Of a DNA stretch of 36,435 nucleotides, positions 8,749 to 17,069 are shown in pieces. A program made the position numbers and the translations under genes. Below the pieces are notes generated by a model. The model ran no database searches, was not told the DNA's origin, and worked only from the letters and a program-made list of their open reading frames with translations. Origin of the DNA: Bacteroidetes/Chlorobi group bacterium ChocPot_Mid (lineage in GTDB: Bacteria; Bacteroidota; Ignavibacteria; Kapaibacteriales; UBA2268); the NCBI GenBank assembly GCA_003731675.1, contig RCNQ01000060.1, positions 1 through 36,435 of the forward strand, read 5' to 3'. Position 1 is the stretch's first letter, and each line of letters starts with the position of its first letter.

Positions 8749-10464
8749 TTACTGAACCTCGGCATCAACAAGCTCTCTTGCACTTTTTAAAGATGACTCA
8801 GTAATATTTTCACCACTGATAAGTCTGGCAGTCTCTTTGAGTTTTTCCTCTTTGGTAAGTGAATGTGCTGAGATGATTGTCCTGCCGTTGGTTTCGAACT
8901 TTTCCACGTGAATGTTTTTATCAGCTAAAGCACAAATTTGAGGTAAGTGAGTTATAGAAATAATCTGATGTTTCCGGGCAAGCTTTTTCATTGCAAAGCC
9001 GACTTTTTGAGCAATTCTTCCGCTAATGCCAGAGTCAATTTCATCAAAGACAAGCATAGGTAAATTTTCACTATCTGCAGCAATAGACTTAATCGAAAGC
9101 ATCACTCTTGATATTTCTCCTCCAGAAGCAGTCAAAGCAAGTGGTTTGGGTGATTCACCCTTGTTAGTCGAAATATAAAATTCAACAATATCCCATCCAT
9201 TATCGAACAACCTCACATTGCCAGATTTCGTAGTGACAGACAAAATATATTTATCATCTGAATTGTCATTTTCTTGATTGAAAATCACTTTGAATTCTGA
9301 ATGTGGTACACCAAGTTCAATTAAAGTATTTACAACCTGCTTTTCTAAAACAGATGCGGATTGTTGTCTTTTTCGTGAAAGTTTTTGGGCTTTTTCTTCG
9401 ACTATTTTCTTGTGACTTAGTATCTCTTGCTCCATTCGTCTTATTTCATCGTCAAAATTTTCGGCAAGCTGTAGCTCAGATATCAGTTCCTCACGTTTGA
9501 TAACTGCATTTTTTATACTGCCATATTTTTTGGTCAATCCTTTAAGAGAAACATATCTTTCGCGAAGTTCCTCGACAGATAAGGCATCAAAATCAATTTC
9601 TGATTTGTAACTACTTGCAAAATTTGAGAGCTCTTCAATATTAACAAGAATACTGTTGAAATCATTTATAAATTGTTCGAACTTAGTATCAATCCGTACT
9701 ATTTGATTCAGTTGCTTACGTACAATTTGCAGTTTGCTGTAAACAGAGTTTTCATCATCAAACAAAATTGAATAGATTTCGGAAGACAGCTGAAAAAGCA
9801 ACTCCGCATTTTCTTTGATTCTGAGTTCATTTTCAATTAGAATATCCTCATCAATTTTCGGATTTATCTTGTCAATTTCCTTCAATTCAAAATTGATATA
9901 ATCTATCCTGTCCTTGAGACTTTTTTCCTTCTTTTTGGTTGTATGCAGATTTTCGATTTGTTCTTTGAGTTTGACATAAGAAGTATAATAATCATTTTTT
10001 AAATCAGAAACTTTGGCAAAAATATCAAGAAGTTCAATATGACTTTCAGGTTTGAGAAGAATCTGGTGGTCGTGTTGCCCATGGAAGTCAACAAGAAAAT
10101 CACCAAGCTTTTTCAAAGAATTTATCTGAACAGGTGTATCATTAATAAATGCCCTGCTGTTTTTCTCAGTGATTTCCCTTCGAATAATTACTTTCTCATC
10201 TTCTAAATCGAAACCTTCAGTTTTAAACCAGGCTATCACATTGTTTGATGGGGGAATATTAAAGACACCCTCAATAATAGCTTTCTTCTCACCTTGCCTT
10301 ATATATTCGGTAGAAGCTCTTTCTCCTAAAAGCAACATTAAAGCATCAACAATTATAGATTTTCCTGCACCCGTCTCACCAGTAATTATATTCAGTCCTT
10401 GATGAAAATCAAGTTCAAGTTCAGGAATAAGAGCAAAATTCTTTATGTAAATTTTTTCGAGCAT
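8749..10464 (-). CDS. recN: DNA repair protein RecN
   Basis: N-terminus MLEKIYIKNFALIPELELDFHQGLNIITGETGAGKSIIVDAL (Walker A). Long coiled-coil middle. C-terminal ASGGEISRVMLS (signature) and MLVFDEIDSGISG (Walker B). Confidence 0.95.
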   Translation of the reverse strand: MLEKIYIKNFALIPELELDFHQGLNIITGETGAGKSIIVDALMLLLGERASTEYIRQGEKKAIIEGVFNIPPSNNVIAWFKTEGFDLEDEKVIIRREITEKNSRAFINDTPVQINSLKKLGDFLVDFHGQHDHQILLKPESHIELLDIFAKVSDLKNDYYTSYVKLKEQIENLHTTKKKEKSLKDRIDYINFELKEIDKINPKIDEDILIENELRIKENAELLFQLSSEIYSILFDDENSVYSKLQIVRKQLNQIVRIDTKFEQFINDFNSILVNIEELSNFASSYKSEIDFDALSVEELRERYVSLKGLTKKYGSIKNAVIKREELISELQLAENFDDEIRRMEQEILSHKKIVEEKAQKLSRKRQQSASVLEKQVVNTLIELGVPHSEFKVIFNQENDNSDDKYILSVTTKSGNVRLFDNGWDIVEFYISTNKGESPKPLALTASGGEISRVMLSIKSIAADSENLPMLVFDEIDSGISGRIAQKVGFAMKKLARKHQIISITHLPQICALADKNIHVEKFETNGRTIISAHSLTKEEKLKETARLISGENITESSLKSARELVDAEVQ

Positions 10465-10465
10465 T

Positions 10466-12784
10466 CTATTCTTTTCGCAATAAAATTAATCCGACTAACG
10501 ACAAGCATATTGCTCCGAGCATAAGATATAAACCAATTGTAAATTTTTCTGACTCATATTTCAAATCAACCTTATGTGTGCCTTTTGGAATTTGTACAGC
10601 ACAGAAAGAGTAATTTGCTTTTAATATTTTTGACTTCACACCATCAACATATACTTTGCGGTCAGGATACCATATTTCACTGAATACCAAAACACCGCTT
10701 TTTGGAGTACTGACGCTACAAGACAAACTATTATTCTGAAAATCGTTAATTGTAACTTTCCCCATTGACAATGAATCAAAATATTTATTATTCGTAACAA
10801 TATTTTCCTCAAGAACGACAGTTTTAGAATAATCTATAACAGAATTTTGCATAGTATTTTTTATTTTTTCGGGAGTTGATATGATTGTATTGTAAGTCAT
10901 CCATGCTCTCGGAAAATATCCTTTCCTTTCCACAAAGCCGAATTGCTGAGTTTCAGGATTAAACGAGATTTCATATTTAACATTATACAAATCGTGGATA
11001 GTTTTAACATCAGTTGGTGGAGGGATATGATTAAAAACTAACTGATTGTAGCCCTCAACGAGCATTATTTTATCAATCATTCCTTGGTTTCTCATCATTG
11101 CCATATAGCTTGGATTATAATGTCGCATTGATATTCTGAATAAATTATTCTTATCCTTCGGGACGAACAAATCCTTTAATTGCTTATTGAGTTTGTAGGA
11201 ATTTTCAGGATTATTGGGACTGCTATTAAAAGATGCCCCCTGGGTGTATAAGTCAATAAAAGTTAATATTATTAAAATTACTCCTGCCGCAATGGGTTTT
11301 AAAATGTTTTTATATAAAAGCAATAAAACAATAACGACACATAAAATGAAAACAAGAGCAATTGTACCATAACTTTGAATATTTGATATATATTGTTCGG
11401 GAGAGTCGAGTGATTTCAGTAAAGCTCCGCTTGCAATAAGAATAGAAAACAGCAAGGGGACAGATGAAGCAATAATGATTTTTAAAATGAATTTTTTATT
11501 TGAAATATTTTTAATAATTGTATCAAACCCGAAACCAGCTAATATTGAAAAAGCAATAACAGAAAAAAACATAATTCTTGCAGGTATTCTGAGTAATCCG
11601 AAAAATGGAAGATTGTAAAATATTTTAAATAAAAAAAAGTTATCACCAAGTGCGAACAATAAGCCAAAGATAGATATAAAAATCAGGAAAGCAGTCATTC
11701 TGTTTTTATATCCGCTTAATATTGCTATTAATCCAAGAATCAAAGCAGTCAGACCAAAATAAAAAGCTGTGTCCCAATAGTAGTAATAAGGTTTGTTGTC
11801 TAAATAATAGGGAACACTTTTGTCACCACTGCCTTCGGTAAATCCAAATAATTTTGGGACCAAAGAAGTATAAATTTGTTCAAATTCAAGAGAACCTTCA
11901 GTAGCGGCTTCATAAGTAGCTTCGGCTCTTTTTGAATAATTTGCCAAATCTTGGGACGGGAGATATTGAACAGAAAAAATACATAACGAAATAATAAAAG
12001 GTAAAATTCCTGCAATAATAAATTTCACGGATTCCTTTGTTTTAAATCCGTTTTTTCTAATCTCAGCTACGAAATACCATAGGAATAGGAGTCCCAGAAA
12101 AAGTGCCTGGTATAAAATTGTTTGAGGATGTCCAGCAAGCATACTAATGCCAAAAATCAAACCTGAAAGAATGCCAAATTTAATCTTGTTTTCAGTTATT
12201 GCTTTAAGGAAGAATAAAATGACCAATGGGAACCATGCAAGATGATAAACCATCATAGGATGTATAACATGTAATACCAAAGACAAAGAAAAAGCATAAG
12301 AAATTGAAGCGATAATTGAACCAATGGAAGAGACCTTCAAATATCTTGTTAAAAAATACATGTTTAACTGTGCTATGAGAAAATGCAGGATGATAATAAA
12401 TTGTAAACCCCAAACTGATAAATGTCCTCCTGAATCAAGAAAAATCATTGTCAATCGGTTCAAAGGATAAAAGAATCCAACCTGTAAATCAGAAAAGAAT
12501 GGCATACCACAGAAAGTATAAGGATTCCAAAATGGTATTTGTCCGTTGGAAAATGACTGTGCTGCAAAAGTTTGTATAGGGTAAAATTGCTCAACAAAAT
12601 CTTCCCAGAAAAAAGTATTGCTAAACAATTGGTCCCAGAAGAAAATTGCTGTTGTTACTAAGAACAAAATTGAAATTATCCAGAAAGGTAAATCCTTTAG
12701 TTCAATTTTGACAGATTGATTGTCTCCGGTTTTTTTTGTTAATCCCGGATTTTTCCCGCTATGTTTTATTGCTTTCTTTGCCAT
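10466..12784 (-). CDS. Large polytopic membrane protein, YfhO-like / GT-C-type glycosyltransferase architecture
   Basis: 772 aa. Many TM segments fill the first ~520 aa, followed by a soluble domain and a terminal TM helix. The call rests on architecture only. The stop codon is 1 nt from the recN start. Confidence 0.5.
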   Translation of the reverse strand: MAKKAIKHSGKNPGLTKKTGDNQSVKIELKDLPFWIISILFLVTTAIFFWDQLFSNTFFWEDFVEQFYPIQTFAAQSFSNGQIPFWNPYTFCGMPFFSDLQVGFFYPLNRLTMIFLDSGGHLSVWGLQFIIILHFLIAQLNMYFLTRYLKVSSIGSIIASISYAFSLSLVLHVIHPMMVYHLAWFPLVILFFLKAITENKIKFGILSGLIFGISMLAGHPQTILYQALFLGLLFLWYFVAEIRKNGFKTKESVKFIIAGILPFIISLCIFSVQYLPSQDLANYSKRAEATYEAATEGSLEFEQIYTSLVPKLFGFTEGSGDKSVPYYLDNKPYYYYWDTAFYFGLTALILGLIAILSGYKNRMTAFLIFISIFGLLFALGDNFFLFKIFYNLPFFGLLRIPARIMFFSVIAFSILAGFGFDTIIKNISNKKFILKIIIASSVPLLFSILIASGALLKSLDSPEQYISNIQSYGTIALVFILCVVIVLLLLYKNILKPIAAGVILIILTFIDLYTQGASFNSSPNNPENSYKLNKQLKDLFVPKDKNNLFRISMRHYNPSYMAMMRNQGMIDKIMLVEGYNQLVFNHIPPPTDVKTIHDLYNVKYEISFNPETQQFGFVERKGYFPRAWMTYNTIISTPEKIKNTMQNSVIDYSKTVVLEENIVTNNKYFDSLSMGKVTINDFQNNSLSCSVSTPKSGVLVFSEIWYPDRKVYVDGVKSKILKANYSFCAVQIPKGTHKVDLKYESEKFTIGLYLMLGAICLSLVGLILLRKE

Positions 12785-12955
12785 AATTTATATAATAAGG
12801 TAATAAAAAAAATGTAATTTAATTATGATAAGAGAAAGAAGCAAATTAAGATTAATAAAATTTATCAATTATATGTGAATTTTAAACTATTAAATTATTT
12901 TATAATAATCTTTTTTCATAATTTGTAAAATAATTGATGTAAATATTCAGAATTT

Positions 12956-13711
12956 ATGAAAATAGATAAAGAAAAATTAATGGAATATAAACCACACGCA
13001 TATATCTTTGGGGGATTTTGTGTGTCGTTGTTAATTATTTTTTTTATTTTGGATTCATGGATTTTGCCAGCATGGATTCACGGAGGGGAAATTGTTACTG
13101 TGCCTGATGTTACGGGACTTCCGTTACACGAAGCGCAAGCCAAACTTGAGCAGGCAGGACTCAATTATCATATCTATACGGAACAAAATAATGATGAGTA
13201 TCCTGAGAATTATGTTATAAATCAAAATCCAAAACCTAAAAGGATGGTAAAAAGTGGTCGCCATATCAATTTGACTATAAGTAAAGGTGGTGAACCTGTG
13301 ATAATGCCAAATATAATGTTCAAGCCACTGAGGTATGCAAGGGTGGCACTGATGGAAAGGGGGCTTTACATAGGTAATATTGAATATGTATTTAGCGATT
13401 CGGTGGGAGTGGACACAGTAATTAGTCAAAATATCAGACCGGGAAAGACTATTTCATTTGGCGATTATGTTAATCTGGTTGTAAGTAAAGGTATGGAAGC
13501 TGAAATTGAGGTACCAAATCTGACTGGAAAGACATTGGCTGAGGTAGAGGCGATTCTTGAAGCATCAAATCTTCAATTAGGAACAATAAACAGTACTTAT
13601 GATGAAATTTATGCTGCAACATATTTGCGAAACACAGTTGTCGGACAATTTCCTTCGCCGGGGAATGTTGTTGTTAAAAATACAAAGATTGATATAACAT
13701 TTTTCAGATAA
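12956..13711 (+). CDS. Membrane-anchored PASTA-domain protein (three PASTA repeats, no kinase or PBP domain)
   Basis: An N-terminal TM helix is followed by three repeats of the PASTA pattern: VTVPDVTGLPLHEAQAKLEQAGL ... INLTISKG; VIMPNIMFKPLRYARVALMERGL ... VNLVVSKG; IEVPNLTGKTLAEVEAILEASNL. Confidence 0.85.
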   Translation: MKIDKEKLMEYKPHAYIFGGFCVSLLIIFFILDSWILPAWIHGGEIVTVPDVTGLPLHEAQAKLEQAGLNYHIYTEQNNDEYPENYVINQNPKPKRMVKSGRHINLTISKGGEPVIMPNIMFKPLRYARVALMERGLYIGNIEYVFSDSVGVDTVISQNIRPGKTISFGDYVNLVVSKGMEAEIEVPNLTGKTLAEVEAILEASNLQLGTINSTYDEIYAATYLRNTVVGQFPSPGNVVVKNTKIDITFFR

Positions 13712-13714
13712 AGC

Positions 13715-14629
13715 TCAAGTCATTTTTTCAGCTTGATTTTTTGAAATAGTGAATTCATCTTCAGAGGATTCATCTTCGGATTCCTCATTTAAATAGTCAA
13801 TGTCATATTCTTCTGAAGAATCGAGCTTTGTAAGATTTACATCATCATCTGTATTGTCATCTGTAAAATCCGGAATGCCATAAACTTCATCAATGGTTTC
13901 CTGAATTGCTTTTGCATTTTCCTCATCAGTTAAGTCCAAAGTAACTTCAATGTGAGAAGTAATGTTGCTTTCGTCAGAAGCAATATCTTCAATTTCTCGG
14001 AGTTTTGGTAAGTCTTCCAGACTTTTCAGACCAAATGTTTTTAAAAATAAGGGTGTGGTTCCAAATAAAAGTGGTTTTCCGAGAGCATCTTTTCTGCCAA
14101 CAATTTTAATAAAGTTCTTTTCTAAAAGTGTATTAACTATTTCATTGGAGTTTACCCCTCTAATCTGTTCTATTTCAGCTTTGGTAACCGGTTGTTTATA
14201 GGCGATGATTGAAAGTGTTTCGAGAGATGCTTGTGAAAATTTTCTTTTAGATTTGGTTCTTGTCAATCTTTGCAAGAGTTCGCCATACTCCGGACGTGTA
14301 GCGAATTGGTATCCACCGGCAATATTGATTATTTGAAATGGTCTGTTTGTTTCAACAAGGTCAATATTGATTTCATTGATTAGTTCCAGAAAGTACTCAG
14401 GTGCAATATTGTATTTTTTCATTATTTCCTGAGCAAAAGAGATTTGCTTTGGTTTATCGTCACTGTTTTCTGAATCTCCATCATCGAAATTTAAAGTTGC
14501 TATATTGACAATCAGCAAGTCAAATAAATATTTCAAAGTTAATGGTTCTTCAGCGGCAAAAAGGAGTACTTCAATAGCTGATTTTTGTTCATCTTTTGAT
14601 AAATTTAAAAAAGGTGGTTTAATTTCCAT
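13715..14629 (-). CDS. scpB: Segregation and condensation protein B with an internal insertion and a long acidic C-terminal extension
   Basis: IEVLLFAAEEPLTLKYL, IAGGYQFATRPEYGELL, SQASLETLSIIAYKQPVTKAEIEQIRGV and GKPLLFGTTPLFLKTFGL are ScpB winged-helix signatures. It lies 12 nt downstream of scpA. Confidence 0.9.
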   Translation of the reverse strand: MEIKPPFLNLSKDEQKSAIEVLLFAAEEPLTLKYLFDLLIVNIATLNFDDGDSENSDDKPKQISFAQEIMKKYNIAPEYFLELINEINIDLVETNRPFQIINIAGGYQFATRPEYGELLQRLTRTKSKRKFSQASLETLSIIAYKQPVTKAEIEQIRGVNSNEIVNTLLEKNFIKIVGRKDALGKPLLFGTTPLFLKTFGLKSLEDLPKLREIEDIASDESNITSHIEVTLDLTDEENAKAIQETIDEVYGIPDFTDDNTDDDVNLTKLDSSEEYDIDYLNEESEDESSEDEFTISKNQAEKMT

Positions 14630-14641
14630 ATCAATTTAATT

Positions 14642-15415
14642 CTAATTATTTTCAATATTCATATTAGTTTCATATACCAAATCAGAGTCAAATACATTAT
14701 CAGGTCGTTCTATGATTACGATATCCTCAAAATGAGAATCCTGAACGATGAAAATCAGTTTATCCTTAATCATTTCAAGAATAGCAAGAAAAGTTATCAA
14801 AATATTGCTTCTATTTTCATTTTTTACTAGGTTAAAGAAACTTAGTCTCTTATTAATCTTAAGAGTTTGTAATATTAAAGATGCTTTTTCAGCGATGGAA
14901 ACTTTTTTAATATTAACAATATGTTCTGTAATAACTCCCTGACTTCTTTCGATAGCAATTTTGAATGCTTTCAATAAATCAAATAATGTAGAATTTTCAT
15001 AATATACATCATCTGGATTTTCTGACTGCGGAGAACTTTCAGCAAAAAGTTTTCTATAATACACATATTTTTGATTTTCTGCCATACTTTGTAAGTCAAA
15101 TGAAGCTTCCTTGAATTGTTTGTATTCGATAAGTTTTTGTACTAAAATAGTTCTGGGGTCTTCAATTTCTTCACCATTTTCATTGATAGCTTTTGGTAAC
15201 AACATTTGTGCTTTGATGTACATAAGTGTAGTAACCATAACAAGGAATTCTCCAGCAAGTTCCAAATCGAAAAAGCGCATCAGGCGAATATATTTAAGAT
15301 ATTCCTCTGTTATCTTAGCTATCGGAATATCATAGATATTCAATTCGTCGCGTTTTATAAAGTAAAGCAACAAATCAAACGGTCCTTCAAAATTCGGTAA
15401 CCTTATTTTATACAT
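14642..15415 (-). CDS. scpA: Segregation and condensation protein A (kleisin)
   Basis: FEGPFDLLLYFIKRDELNIYDIPIAKITEEYL is the conserved ScpA N-terminus. It is adjacent to scpB. Confidence 0.9.
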   Translation of the reverse strand: MYKIRLPNFEGPFDLLLYFIKRDELNIYDIPIAKITEEYLKYIRLMRFFDLELAGEFLVMVTTLMYIKAQMLLPKAINENGEEIEDPRTILVQKLIEYKQFKEASFDLQSMAENQKYVYYRKLFAESSPQSENPDDVYYENSTLFDLLKAFKIAIERSQGVITEHIVNIKKVSIAEKASLILQTLKINKRLSFFNLVKNENRSNILITFLAILEMIKDKLIFIVQDSHFEDIVIIERPDNVFDSDLVYETNMNIENN

Positions 15416-15456
15416 ATTTCATTTAAAAAAATTGTTAACCTTATATTATATATATA

Positions 15457-16572
15457 TCAGTCCAAAACAGGTTCAATGTAAACTCTGCTAACTCTTGCTG
15501 AAATTGCAGTAGTGATTTCATAAGGGATGGTGCCAACCCAACCTGCAATTTCATCAGCAAGGATTTCCTCGCTACCTTGCTTTCCGATTAAAACGACTTC
15601 ATCACCTGGTTTTACTTCATCATCATTGCAATCAACCATTATTTCATCCATACAAATAGAACCAACTACAGGATACCTCTTGCCATTAATGAGGCACTGT
15701 GCTCTTCCTGTGAGAGTTTTGAAGTAACCATCTCCGTATCCTATTGGGACGGTAGCGATGGTTGTAGGTTTTTTTGCAACAAATAGTCTGTCGTAACTGA
15801 CAGATTCTCCAGCTTGAATTCTGCGGGTTACAACAACCTGACTTTTTAAAGTCATAATTGGTTTGACTTTTAATTTTTCTCTTACTTCGGCAGAAGGAGC
15901 ATAGCCATAAAGAGCTAAACCGGGACGGACTAAATTGAAATAAGCATCAGGCAGGTTTGCAATCGCACCGGAGTTTGAAGCATGAATGTATTTAAATTCA
16001 AAGCCAGCTTCTTTCAATTGAGTAAGAGTCTGATTAAAAAGTTTAAGTTGTTTTTTTGCATAGTCGATGTTGGTCGGTGAAGTTGCAAAATGAGTACAAA
16101 TACCGTGCATATCAATATTAGGTAATTTGCCATACTGTTTCATAAATTCCACAGCGTTATCGGCATCAATCCCATCTCTGTGCATTCCGGTATCAATCAG
16201 GAGATGTGTTTTCACTAAAACATTTCTTTTTTGAGCTTCTTTTGATAAAGCTAATAAAAACTCCTCAGAAGAGATGGCTGACTGTAAATCATATTTGCAG
16301 AAGTATTGAGCTTCATCAGGGAATGATGGAATTAAAACAATAATCGGTTGAGTATCACCGGATTCTCTTAGCATAACGCCTTCATTAGCGAAAGCAACTC
16401 CGAGGAATTCAATTCCATCATATCTTAATATTTGTGCAGTACCTAAAAGTCCGTGACCGTAGGCATTGGCTTTAACGATTGCCATTATAGCCGAACCCGG
16501 AGAAAGTTCACGGATACGTTTGATGTTATATCTTAAATTTTTCTTGTTAATATACGCTGTTGTAGTTCTCAT
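15457..16572 (-). CDS. alr: Alanine racemase
   Basis: AIVKANAYGHG contains the PLP-binding lysine motif. The C-terminal part (VSYDRLF..., PIGYGDGY, GSICMD) fits Alr. I start at the ATG at 16572 (MRTTTAYINKKNL); the ORF extends to 16599. Confidence 0.92.
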   Translation of the reverse strand: MRTTTAYINKKNLRYNIKRIRELSPGSAIMAIVKANAYGHGLLGTAQILRYDGIEFLGVAFANEGVMLRESGDTQPIIVLIPSFPDEAQYFCKYDLQSAISSEEFLLALSKEAQKRNVLVKTHLLIDTGMHRDGIDADNAVEFMKQYGKLPNIDMHGICTHFATSPTNIDYAKKQLKLFNQTLTQLKEAGFEFKYIHASNSGAIANLPDAYFNLVRPGLALYGYAPSAEVREKLKVKPIMTLKSQVVVTRRIQAGESVSYDRLFVAKKPTTIATVPIGYGDGYFKTLTGRAQCLINGKRYPVVGSICMDEIMVDCNDDEVKPGDEVVLIGKQGSEEILADEIAGWVGTIPYEITTAISARVSRVYIEPVLD

Positions 16573-17069
16573 AAATATTTTTTTATATCTGAAATTCAAT
16601 TCAAAATTAAGTATAATTTTTGATTTTACACATATTCATTTGAGAAAAACATCAAACAATCAATTTTTTTAGTCAGTTTTAAAAAATTTTTTAAATTTTT
16701 TTTATGGAATTTTTTTTGAGTTTGATGGTGTAAAGTGTAAAAATATTTTTTCAGAAGGAGACAAATTAAAAATTATAAGATAAAAACAATTTTTTTTCAA
16801 AAGATGTTAATCCTCCGAGAAGCTGATAAACAGTAGGTTTTCAAAGAATATTTATTATGTGAGATATTATTTAAAAAAAAAAATTAATATAGGAAAGAAA
16901 AAATTTGGAAGTAAATTTTTTAAAAATAATTTTGATGAAAAATTTTGGTAGAAAAGGTGTGGATAAATTTTTGATAAAAAAATAAAAAAAAATATTTTAT
17001 ATCTTAAATCTCTTTCGTAATTTTGAGTTAGGCATAAAGTAAAAATGTTGAAAACTTTAAAGGAATTTT

